A stretch of DNA of 64,000 nucleotides from contig CAVQUJ010000008.1 of the NCBI GenBank assembly GCA_963716895.1, forward strand, positions 828-64,827, read 5' to 3'. Made by a program: the position numbers and the translations under genes. The first letter of the stretch is position 1. The number at the start of each line of letters is the position of its first letter. The notes below the pieces were generated by a model that ran no database searches, was not told the DNA's origin, and saw only the letters and a program-made list of their open reading frames with translations. Source of the stretch: an uncultured delta proteobacterium (GTDB lineage Bacteria; Myxococcota_A; UBA9160; UBA6930). This document shows, in pieces, positions 55,912 to 64,000 of this stretch.

Positions 55912-55953
55912 GCTCCGCGCCCGCCCCACGCGGCGTCGTATGCTCCGGCCTCC

Positions 55954-57528
55954 ATGCGCCTCTCCGTCGGGCTGGCTGCCACCGCGCTCTCCGCGCTGCT
56001 CTACGGGCTCGCCTTCCCGCCCCTCGAGTGGGGCTTCGTCGCCTTCGTCGCGCTGGTGCCGTTCCTCGTGGCCCTGCGCCGTCTCGGCCGCCGCGACGCG
56101 CTGCTCTGCGCCTTCCTGTGGGCCGAGCTCGCGTCGCTCCTCGTGGCGAACGCGCTGCCCGACGCGGTCGAGACCTACTTCCTCCAGCCGCGCTGGCTCT
56201 CCTGGCTGTTCGCGATCGGCGTCTGGGCCGGGACCGGCTCGCTCTACTACGTCGGCTTCGCCGCCGCCTATCGCGGCACCAGCGGGTGGCCGGCCGCGCT
56301 CCAGCCGTGGCTCGCGGCGGCGGCCTGGACGGCCTTCGAGCTCGCACGCGGCCGCCTGCTGAACGACACGGGCTGGTTCGTCGGCAACCCGTGGGCCCTC
56401 GCCGGCTACTCGCAGGTCGGCTTCCCGCCGTTCGTGCAGGTCGCCTCGCTCACGGGCATCTACGGCGTGAGCTTCGCGCTCGTCGCGGTGAACGGCGCGC
56501 TCGCCGAGCTGTGGCTGCGGCGGGGCGAGACGCCGCGGCCGCGCACGTTCCTGGTGCTCGGCGCGGGCGTGGCCCCGGCGCTGGCTTCGCTGGGCTTCGG
56601 GGTCGCGGCGTTGCGCGCTTCGGGCGAGCCGGCCGAGCCGGGCGTCTCGGCCGCGCTGGTGCAGGCGGACGTCGATCTGGGCTCGCGCTATCGCCCGGAG
56701 CTCTACGGCCAGAACCTCGACGCGTACCTCGGCCTCACGCTCCAGGCGATCGAGCAGGTGCACCCCAGGCTCGTGATCTGGCCCGAAGCGGCGCTCACCT
56801 TCCACCTCGACGAGGAGCCGCTGTTCCGCGAGACGATCGCCCGCGTGCTGAGCGCGGGCGACACCGAGCTGGTGACCGGAGGGCCGTGGGGCATCCCCGG
56901 AGACGACCCCGTGTACACGAACAGCGTGTTCGTGCTCGACCCGCGCGGCGAAGAGCGGGGCCGGTACGACAAGCAGGTGCTCGTTCCCTTCGCCGAGTTC
57001 ACGCCCCTCGGTGCGATCGACCTCGTGCGCCGCAACTTCGGCCGGATCCGCGTCTTCTCGCGCGGACCGGCGACGGCGCCCCTGCCGACGCGGGCAGGGC
57101 GCGCGGGCATCCTCGTCTGCAACGAGGCGATGCTGCCCGAGCTGGCGCGCCGCCGCGTGCTCGACGGCGCCGAGATCCTGGTGAACCCCTCGAACGACTC
57201 GTGGATCGCCCATCGCAACTGGTCCCGGCTCGCGTTCCACATGGCGCTGGTGCGCGCGATCGAGCAGCGCCGGTATCTGGTGCGCGTCTCGACCTCGGGC
57301 CCGTCGGCGATCGTGGATCCCTGGGGCCGCGTGCAGATCGAGAGCCTGCCGAAGTCGCGCGCGGTGATCGCGGGCAAGGTCCACCCGCGGCGCGAGCTCA
57401 GCCTCTATGCGCGAGCGGGCGATGCCTTTGCGCTCGGCTGCGCGGTGGCGGTGGCGCTGGCGCTCGCGGCCCGCGCAGGTCCCAGGCGAGCCCGCAGGCC
57501 TCGAGGCCCCGCAGCGCCAGCCAGGTGA
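55954..57528 (+). CDS. lnt: Apolipoprotein N-acyltransferase
   Basis: Multi-TM N-terminus, PW...GYSQ, WPE, YDK..LVPF.E, CNE catalytic triad, ND.W, R.IE.RR. Confidence 0.9.
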   Translation: MRLSVGLAATALSALLYGLAFPPLEWGFVAFVALVPFLVALRRLGRRDALLCAFLWAELASLLVANALPDAVETYFLQPRWLSWLFAIGVWAGTGSLYYVGFAAAYRGTSGWPAALQPWLAAAAWTAFELARGRLLNDTGWFVGNPWALAGYSQVGFPPFVQVASLTGIYGVSFALVAVNGALAELWLRRGETPRPRTFLVLGAGVAPALASLGFGVAALRASGEPAEPGVSAALVQADVDLGSRYRPELYGQNLDAYLGLTLQAIEQVHPRLVIWPEAALTFHLDEEPLFRETIARVLSAGDTELVTGGPWGIPGDDPVYTNSVFVLDPRGEERGRYDKQVLVPFAEFTPLGAIDLVRRNFGRIRVFSRGPATAPLPTRAGRAGILVCNEAMLPELARRRVLDGAEILVNPSNDSWIAHRNWSRLAFHMALVRAIEQRRYLVRVSTSGPSAIVDPWGRVQIESLPKSRAVIAGKVHPRRELSLYARAGDAFALGCAVAVALALAARAGPRRARRPRGPAAPAR

Positions 57529-58249
57529 GGTCGAGCTCGCCGGGCGCAATGCCGTGCCGCGCCCAGCCAGGCTCGGCGTGGTGGTTGTTATGCCAGCCGT
57601 CGCCGAGCGTGAGCCAGGCGAGCCACGGCAGGTTCCGGCTCTGGTCGTGGCCGGGGAAGCGCTGGTGTCCGAAGCGGTGGCCGAGCGAGTTCACGGCGAA
57701 GGTCAGGTGATAGAGCAGCACGGTGCTCACGCAGAAGCCCCAGACCAACCACTCGGCGCCACCGGCTGCGAACAGCGCCGCCGCCAGGGAGACCGGCGGC
57801 AGCCAGTGGAAGCGCTCGAGCCAAGCCAGCTCGGGCTCGCGCGCGAGGTCGCGCACCGCCTCGAGCGGGGTGCGCATGTGCTTCCGGCACAGCAGCCAGC
57901 CCGCATGCGCCCAGCCGAGTCCCCGGACGGCGGGGGAATGCGGGTCGCGCTCGGCGTCGGTGTGTCGGTGGTGCAGGCGATGGTGGCCGACCCACCAGAG
58001 AGGCCCGAGCTGCGCGGCCGAAGCGCCGAGCCAGGCGAGAGCGAAGCGGGTCGTGCGCCCGCAGCGAAACGAGCCGTGCGCGAGGAGCCGGTGATAGCCC
58101 GCAGTGAGCCCGAAGGCGCGCACGAAGACGAGCGCGACGCACACGGCCACGGCTCCGGCGCTCACTCCGGTGAGCAGCGTCGCGGCGCACGCCACGTGCA
58201 GCGCGAGAAGCGGCACGCACACGCGCGGGTCGAGGCGCTCGTCCGCCAT
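57398..58249 (-). CDS. Acyl-CoA/lipid delta-9-type fatty acid desaturase
   Basis: His boxes HRLLAH, HRLHH, HNNHH; DPHSP. Confidence 0.9.
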   Translation of the reverse strand: MADERLDPRVCVPLLALHVACAATLLTGVSAGAVAVCVALVFVRAFGLTAGYHRLLAHGSFRCGRTTRFALAWLGASAAQLGPLWWVGHHRLHHRHTDAERDPHSPAVRGLGWAHAGWLLCRKHMRTPLEAVRDLAREPELAWLERFHWLPPVSLAAALFAAGGAEWLVWGFCVSTVLLYHLTFAVNSLGHRFGHQRFPGHDQSRNLPWLAWLTLGDGWHNNHHAEPGWARHGIAPGELDLTWLALRGLEACGLAWDLRGPRAPAPPPPRSRAQRHRPLAHRG

Positions 58250-58258
58250 TTCGGGAGC

Positions 58259-59320
58259 CTAGGCCGGCTCCTGCCGCGTCGCCCGAGCGCGAGCGCGCGC
58301 CAGCGCGCCGTCGCTGCGCCACATGTAACAGCTGTCGGGATAGCCACCGACGCTGAGTTCGCGCGGGATGGAACCGGGAGACGCCCTCTCGCCGGAGAAG
58401 TGCGCCACCAGCCGGTGCGAGAGCGCGGCGAGGCACTGGATCGCGCCGGGCGCGAGGTTGAGCAGCGCGTCGCGCAGGGGCTCGTCCGCCGCGCCGTCGC
58501 CGAGCTGTGCGAGCACGCGCGCGGCCATCCCGCGGAGCGCGGGCCCGCCGACGAGCGCGGCGGTCACGTCGCCGCGGCTCCGCCACGCGGAGGTCGCGAG
58601 CGTGGTGGGATCGCGCTCGCGTTCGACGGCGTCGAGGGCCTCGAGGCGGCTCACCCCGGCGTCGAGGCGCGCGAGCACGCGCACCTCGTGCTGGCGCGCG
58701 AGCCGGTCGAGCGGCCAGCGCACGGCCGCTTGCGGCCTCGTCACGAACTCGGAGAGCTGGAGCGCGACCTCGATCGCGCCGTCCTTGCTCTCGAAGCCGT
58801 CGAGGAAGAGGGCGCGCTTCGCGATGCGTTCGCCCGCGGCGCGCGCGTCGAGCTCGGGGTCCGCGGCGAGGACGCGCGGCACGCTCGCGCCCATCAGCTG
58901 CGCGAGCGTGAGCAGGTGCGAGCAGCCGAGCGCGCCGCCGAACACCCCGCCGAGCCGGCGCACGAAGCCGGCGTCGAGCGTCTCGCCGACCAGCGCCTGG
59001 AGCCGCGGCGCGGGGTCGCGGCAGGAGTCGCCGCCCGATGCCGGCGTCGCCTCGAAGGCCACCGTCGGCTGCGCGGCCGCGAGGCGCTCGATGCGCGCGC
59101 TCGTGGCGTCCACCTCGAGCGAGAGCTGCATGTGGTGGATGAAGCCGGCGGTCTGGAGCTCTCCGCCGGTCGGCACGAAGCCGCATTTGCGGAGGTCGAG
59201 GATCACGCCCTCGACCCGGATGCGTTCGCCATCGCCACGGAACGTCTCGACGGTGAGCGTGCGTGTGTGCAGCGGAAGGCCGCTCGCGACGAAGGGCTCG
59301 AGGGGCCGGTCCGCAGGCAT
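58259..59320 (-). CDS. DUF2889 family protein
   Basis: LHTR, IHHM, C....L.G, GCSHL..L, terminal DSCYMWR.DG. Confidence 0.75.
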   Translation of the reverse strand: MPADRPLEPFVASGLPLHTRTLTVETFRGDGERIRVEGVILDLRKCGFVPTGGELQTAGFIHHMQLSLEVDATSARIERLAAAQPTVAFEATPASGGDSCRDPAPRLQALVGETLDAGFVRRLGGVFGGALGCSHLLTLAQLMGASVPRVLAADPELDARAAGERIAKRALFLDGFESKDGAIEVALQLSEFVTRPQAAVRWPLDRLARQHEVRVLARLDAGVSRLEALDAVERERDPTTLATSAWRSRGDVTAALVGGPALRGMAARVLAQLGDGAADEPLRDALLNLAPGAIQCLAALSHRLVAHFSGERASPGSIPRELSVGGYPDSCYMWRSDGALARARARATRQEPA

Positions 59321-59342
59321 GGACGCGCAGTATAGTGGCCCG

Positions 59343-60152
59343 GTGCGCGCGCCCGAATCGCTGGTCGACCTGGCCCGCTATCCCGTGCTCGAGCTCGGCT
59401 CCGAGCGGGCGCGGGAAGTCGTCGCGGTCGGGCGCTGCGAGCTCGCGCAGCGCGGCATGGCCGTGCTGCCGGGCTTCCTGCGCGCGGACGCGTACGCGAA
59501 GCTCGCCCTGGAGTGCGACTCCCTCGCGCCGCGCGGCCATTTCTCCGAGGTCCACGGCACGCCCTACATCGACGTGCCCGATCCCTCGCTGCCGGAAGGC
59601 CATCCGCGGCGCACCCTCGGCCGCACGGCGCTCACCGCCGTGCCGTACGACCGCTTCCCGGCGGAGAGCGGTCTGCGCGCGCTGTACGAGTGGGATCCGC
59701 TGCTGGAGCTCATGCGCGTGCTGCTCGGCCGCGAGCGCCTGTTCCGCTACGCGGATCCGCTCGGCGCGCTGAACCTGGCGGTGATGCGCGCCGGGGACGA
59801 GCTCGCCTGGCACTACGACCAGACCGACTTCGTGGTCTCGCTCGCGATCCAGTCGAGCGAGGCGGGCGGAGACTTCGAGGTGGCGCCGTGGATCCGCAGC
59901 GCGGACGACGAGAACTACGCAGCCGTCGCGCGGGTGCTCGCCGGCGAGCCCGGCGCGGGTGTCTCCACGGTGCCGATGACGCCGGGCACGCTGCTGCTCT
60001 TCGAAGGCCGCCGCTCGCTCCACCGCGTCTCGCCGATCCGCGGCTCGCGGGCGCGGCACGTGGCGTTGCTCGCCTACGACACGAAGCCCGGCACCGACAG
60101 CTCGCCGCTCCTGAAGCGCGCCCGCTACGGCCGCGTGCCGGGAGAGGCATGA
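59343..60152 (+). CDS. 2OG-Fe(II) oxygenase (BesD/HalD-like fold, HxD hydroxylase type)
   Basis: DLARYP, WHYD..DF.VSL..Q....GG.FE, PG.L.LF.GR.SLHRVSP, R. Confidence 0.8.
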   Translation: MRAPESLVDLARYPVLELGSERAREVVAVGRCELAQRGMAVLPGFLRADAYAKLALECDSLAPRGHFSEVHGTPYIDVPDPSLPEGHPRRTLGRTALTAVPYDRFPAESGLRALYEWDPLLELMRVLLGRERLFRYADPLGALNLAVMRAGDELAWHYDQTDFVVSLAIQSSEAGGDFEVAPWIRSADDENYAAVARVLAGEPGAGVSTVPMTPGTLLLFEGRRSLHRVSPIRGSRARHVALLAYDTKPGTDSSPLLKRARYGRVPGEA

Positions 60153-60661
60153 CGGGCGACGCCGTCGAGATCGGGGAAGCGTTCGTCGGAACCGGCGCCG
60201 AGGCCGCCCACGTGAACACCGTGCTCGGCGCCCGCAGCGGGCCCGTGGGCACCGCCTGGGCCACCGCGCTGGCCACGCCGTCGGCCGGGCACGCGCCCTT
60301 CGTGGCCGTGGTGCGGCCGGGACTTCCCGCCAAACCCCTCACCTTGTTCGTGAACAAGGCCGCCATCGCCGGCGAGCGCCACGGCCAGCTCACCTGGGGC
60401 GCCGCCCAGGCCGGCGTCGCCAGCGGCGTGATGGACGCCGTGGCCGCGGGCGACGTCGCGCCGAGCCAGGTGGATGGGCTCGCGCTGATCGCCGCCGTGT
60501 GGGTGGACCCCGAGGCGCGCGACGCCGACGCCGTCTACCGCAACAACCGAGAGGCGACGGCGCGGGCGCTGGCCGCGGGACGGCGTCGCTCTCCTGCGCT
60601 GGCGGACGTCCTCGCCGCGCGCGCGCAGCCGAGCAACCCGTTCTTCACCCCGGGCTCGTGA
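60149..60661 (+). CDS. fae: Formaldehyde-activating enzyme family protein
   Basis: IGEAFVG.G.EAAH...VLG...GPVG.A.A.AL....GH, KP.T.FVNK, WGAAQAGVA.GV, VY.NN..AT..A. Confidence 0.85.
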   Translation: MTGDAVEIGEAFVGTGAEAAHVNTVLGARSGPVGTAWATALATPSAGHAPFVAVVRPGLPAKPLTLFVNKAAIAGERHGQLTWGAAQAGVASGVMDAVAAGDVAPSQVDGLALIAAVWVDPEARDADAVYRNNREATARALAAGRRRSPALADVLAARAQPSNPFFTPGS

Positions 60662-60737
60662 CTACGCTCGCCTGCGGCTCGCTGCGCGCGCCGCCAGACG
60701 GCGGCGCTTGCTGGCCGGCCGTGCAGCCGCCGGTCGA

Positions 60738-60906
60738 GTGCCTCTGAGCCAGTCGGCAAGCGGTGCGTCCGCGCCGCGCGCAGCGAGCGGAGCGAGCGTG
60801 CCTCTGAGCCAGTCGGCAAGCGGTGCGTCCGCGCCGCGCGCAGCGAGCGGAGCGAGCGTGCCTCTGAGCCAGTCGGCAAGCGGTGCGTCCGCGCCGCGCG
60901 CAGCGA
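60738..60906 (+). repeat. Perfect 60-bp tandem repeat, ~2.8 copies
   Basis: Unit gtgcctctgagccagtcggcaagcggtgcgtccgcgccgcgcgcagcgagcggagcgagc, with identical copies and no spacers. Confidence 0.95.
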
Positions 60907-61999
60907 TCATCCGGAGAAAGGTGGTCTTGATCGTTGATGACGCCCACAAACTGTATCTCCGTACCTGAATGAGCTGTCGAAGCTATTCATGGTCGAAGAG
61001 AACGGCACCCGGTTGTTAAGCATCGTTTTTTTTGGGGGAAAGCCGATTCCTCGACCTCCTGCACGATGAACCGAACCCGGAGCTTGCGGAGGGCGTGCTC
61101 CGCCGTTATACGCTCGATCCGCTGACGAAAGAAGAAACCTCCAGTACATTCAATACCACCTCCAGCGTGCCCGGTGCGAAAGGGAGCTGTTCGAGCCAGG
61201 GGCAATCGAGGAGGTCTTCGCGTATTCGCAAGGGGTCCCGCGCCTGATCAACAGGGCCTGCGATGCAGCCCTCTCCAGAGCCTATTACTTGGGGGAGCAA
61301 CTCGTCCTGCCGGATACGGTGAAAGAGGCCCTGAATTTGATGCCCGCAGAGAAAACCGTGCCTGCCGGGAGTGTCCCGGATTTCTCGTTCACAATGGGTG
61401 CGGCGGCAAATCGCGAGAGGGATGAAGATGCGGACGAGGAGGACGAACCGGGCATCCCGGTAGGACGGTTGAGGAAGCGCGAGCGGAGTCCCAACAGTCT
61501 TGCATACGCGATTCTCGGTGTTGTTGTCGTCGCGTCAGTCGGTGTCGCGTTCATGTTTATGAAAAGCAGCGAACAGAGGGTTCCGGCAAGCGTGACCGAG
61601 AAGAAAATAGAAGTGCCTCAAGCGAGCCCCGCAGTTCGGGGTACGGTGACGCCCCCCGAGGAGATGACTCGGGCTTCGGAGATCCCCGCGCAGCAGCAGG
61701 CGCCCGGAGTGACCGCCGAGGGAATAACCCGCAAAGGCCAGGAAGTCAGGGCCGTGAGGAAGAAAACACGGGAGACTGCGGCGTCGAGGCAATTAACGGG
61801 GAAAATCCGGCAGGCGCCGGCGGCGAGCCCGAGCCGGGAGGCCGTGACTCCCGGAGGAGTTTCACCGGGAAGCGATGTGGGGCGCAGCACTTCAGGGGAC
61901 AGCGGAGAGACTTCAAGTCGGGAGCCCGCGCGTCAGGGCACGGAAGAGATGGAGTCGGGCAAGGTAATTGACTGGCTGATAAAAAAACGTTCAGAATAG
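60907..61999 (+). CDS. ExeA/AAA_22-family ATPase, 5'-truncated and frameshifted, with TM and low-complexity C-terminus
   Basis: VVLIVDDAH (Walker B), L.PLT..ET, GVPRLINRACDAAL, then a TM segment. Walker A is missing at the junction. Confidence 0.75.
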
Positions 62000-62209
62000 A
62001 AGTAGTCTTCTGGATTACGAGATTTCTTCTCGCCCGGCTCCGTCCAGGCTAGTGCTATTCTTGATCATGTGGGTCTTACACAGAAAACGGAAAAACACGG
62101 TGTTTAGGAACCCGTCTTCATGATTCTTCATGGACTATGTTTTATTGACCTAGCAGAATCAGGAGATTGAGAAAGTAAGTTTTCTGACAAATAGCAGGTG
62201 GAAGGGGGG

Positions 62210-62244
62210 AAGGCAGAGTCGAATTGGCACTGCCTTTTTCTTTT
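62210..62244 (+). terminator. Rho-independent terminator
   Basis: aaggcagagtc-gaatt-ggcactgcctt stem followed by a T-rich tract. Confidence 0.55.
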
Positions 62245-62256
62245 CTACTGATTACC

Positions 62257-63601
62257 TGACAAGTGTCAGGACATCGTAGACAGAAAAATGTGCCACGACA
62301 TCGTAGACAACGGTACGACGATAAAGGTTCTTTAACAACTTAATATCACTGCGGTCATACTAATGGGCACCGAATCTCTCATCCGGGAGGTGTCCATGCG
62401 AAACGATCTCGAGCAAGAGCGCCAATGGGCTGTACAGCGGTATCTCAAAGGGGAAAAACCCGCCGCGATTTGCGCCTCTCTGGGGCGTTCGAGGCCCTGG
62501 CTCTACAAATGGTCAGCCCGCTTCTCTACGGGAGATCCCGGCTGGTTCCAAGACCAGTCCAGGCAGCCGCGCAGCAACCCTCTGCGCACCCCTGCCGAGA
62601 TCGAAGGGATCGTCAAACTGCTTCGGCTCAGCCTGTATAACGACGATCTGTTCTGTGGTGCCCAGGCGATTCAATGGGAGATGGACGAGATGCATCTCCG
62701 CCCCGTGCCCTCCCTGCGCACCATTGGTCGGATTCTAAGCCGCCACGATCTGACCCATCGCCGTACAGGGCGTTACGAACCGAAGGGGAAGGTCTATCCG
62801 GAGCTGCCGGCCCTGCAGCCCAACCAGACCCATCAGGCGGATCTGGTGGGCCCTCGTTATCTGAAGGGTCCGGTCCGATTCTACAGCCTCAACGTCGTCG
62901 ATCTTCGAACGGCTCGTTGCGGTCTGGAGCCCTTGCTGAGCCAATCCGGGCAGAGCATCGTCGATGCGCTCTGGGCACTCTGGAGAAGGATGGGCATCCC
63001 CCGCAATCTTCAGGTGGACAACGCCTGGTCTTTCTACGGCAGCCCGGCTCACCCCCGCGGCATGGGCCCCCTGATTCGGCTGTGCCTGCACCACAGGGTG
63101 CAGCCGTGGTTTATCCCCATGAACGAACCGTGGCGCAACGGGGTTGTCGAGAAGTTCAACGACCACTACGACCAGAAGTTCTTCCGTAAGGTCATGATCG
63201 CCTCGGCCGACGAGTTGATGCAGGCCTCGCTGAGCTTTGAGCAGAAGCACAACAGCCGCCATCGCTACAGCAAGCTCCGGGGCAAGACCCCGCTGGAGGT
63301 CCTTGCGCAGACGGGCAAGAAGTTACGGTTCCCCAAACAGGAGCATGCCCCTCGTCTACCTCTGAAGAAGCCGGAGGCGGGATGTTTCCACGTGGTGCGA
63401 TTCATCCGCAGTGACCTTCGCCTCAACGTCTTCGGCGAGCTTTTTACAGTACCTTCGCAGCTGCAGTATGAATACGTTGTGGCAACGATCGATGTGAAAG
63501 AACAGAAACTAAAGATCTTCCTCGATCACCAACAGATCGAAGAATATGCTTATAAAATCAGATAGTGCAATGAAGTGTCTACGATGTCGTGGCACTTAAC
63601 A
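62257..63601 (+). mobile_element. IS481-family insertion sequence
   Basis: 26-bp imperfect terminal IRs (62257-62282 vs 63576-63601, 22/26 by eye). Flanks attacc / agtacc look like a 6-bp TSD with one mismatch. Confidence 0.85.
62396..63565 (+). CDS. IS481-family DDE transposase
   Basis: HTH (SR.WLYKW..RF..G...DQSR.P), D(QADL)-D(QVDN)-E(NGVVEKFN). RBS GGAGG precedes ATG 62396. Confidence 0.9.
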   Translation: MRNDLEQERQWAVQRYLKGEKPAAICASLGRSRPWLYKWSARFSTGDPGWFQDQSRQPRSNPLRTPAEIEGIVKLLRLSLYNDDLFCGAQAIQWEMDEMHLRPVPSLRTIGRILSRHDLTHRRTGRYEPKGKVYPELPALQPNQTHQADLVGPRYLKGPVRFYSLNVVDLRTARCGLEPLLSQSGQSIVDALWALWRRMGIPRNLQVDNAWSFYGSPAHPRGMGPLIRLCLHHRVQPWFIPMNEPWRNGVVEKFNDHYDQKFFRKVMIASADELMQASLSFEQKHNSRHRYSKLRGKTPLEVLAQTGKKLRFPKQEHAPRLPLKKPEAGCFHVVRFIRSDLRLNVFGELFTVPSQLQYEYVVATIDVKEQKLKIFLDHQQIEEYAYKIR

Positions 63602-63733
63602 AGTACCTACTACTCTTTACCTCATTAAGGCAAAGTAGATTGAAGATAACTCATAGTAATCGAGTATGGCTGCCCCTTCATATTCTAGTTCCGATAAAGA
63701 GGCTTGATGCGTTTACAAAAGTGGATAATCAGA

Positions 63734-64000
63734 TTAGGCAGCTTTCGACTGTACAATACCAATTAGTTCGCACGCGTTGTCGAGCTCTGCGAACAAGAGG
63801 GTCATGGCTTCCTCGAAATCCTTATTCGTGAATCCAAACCGGCTCATGGCCTCATCGAGCCTGTGATAAGACAGACCGTCCGTACCGACGCCTATGCCCA
63901 TCATGAGACATGCTTGATCGGCAAGATAAATTAACCAAGGCACAGGGCTTACGGTCACAGGATGACAATCCGGCCGGTGATGATAAGTGATGGCTTGCTG
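63734..64000 (-). CDS. C-terminal part of an HDOD-domain protein (runs off the window)
   Basis: QQAITYHHRP...IYLAD..C.MMGIG.G.DGL.Y. Confidence 0.75.
   Translation of the reverse strand, partial: QQAITYHHRPDCHPVTVSPVPWLIYLADQACLMMGIGVGTDGLSYHRLDEAMSRFGFTNKDFEEAMTLLFAELDNACELIGIVQSKAA

Noticed and set aside
57398-57528. Functional 130-bp convergent overlap of lnt and the desaturase
   Set aside because: Both overlapping tails are low-complexity extensions beyond the conserved domains. This is likely a late stop in GC-rich DNA or an indel.
59343-60152. BesD-type halogenase
   Set aside because: The facial triad is H-Y-D. Halogenases replace the Asp with Gly or Ala.
60738-60906. CRISPR array
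   Set aside because: Units are identical over the full 60 bp with no variable spacers, and there are no cas genes.

Overview
Two compositionally different blocks. Block 1 (1 to ~60906) is very GC-rich (roughly 70-75% by eye). Its gene content (PilZ proteins, multiheme cytochromes, a PEP-CTERM protein, a Cys-containing C-terminal sorting tail) suggests a Myxococcota-like bacterium (inference). Many genes are split by single-base indels, most likely long-read consensus errors. Positions 1-4667 are the right end of an island integrated in tRNA-Val(CAC), just upstream of an intact tRNA-Arg(CCG). Inside the island, 1-2-gene cassettes of secreted or outer-membrane proteins are separated by 3' half-tRNAs of different isotypes (Gly-CCC, Val-TAC, Gly-CCC, Val-CAC). 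Each half starts at the anticodon loop and is preceded by integrase-arm-like direct repeats, and no integrase is present in the window. This tRNA-half cassette array is the best candidate for an undescribed system. The chromosomal part carries lipid/CoA catabolic genes, pgi, ogt/ada-alkA, two ABC exporters and kup. It also carries two ~470-580 bp foldback palindromes of one family whose arms co-vary, a tandem double cyclase-STAND NTPase protein, a dockerin-bearing giant surface protein next to a cohesin-like PEP-CTERM protein, and a translationally coupled 2OG-Fe(II) oxygenase + Fae pair. Block 2 (~60907-64000) starts abruptly after a 60-bp tandem repeat and has lower GC. It holds an ExeA-like fragment, a complete IS481-family element and an HDOD gene fragment, and the join is probably a contig boundary or chimera.
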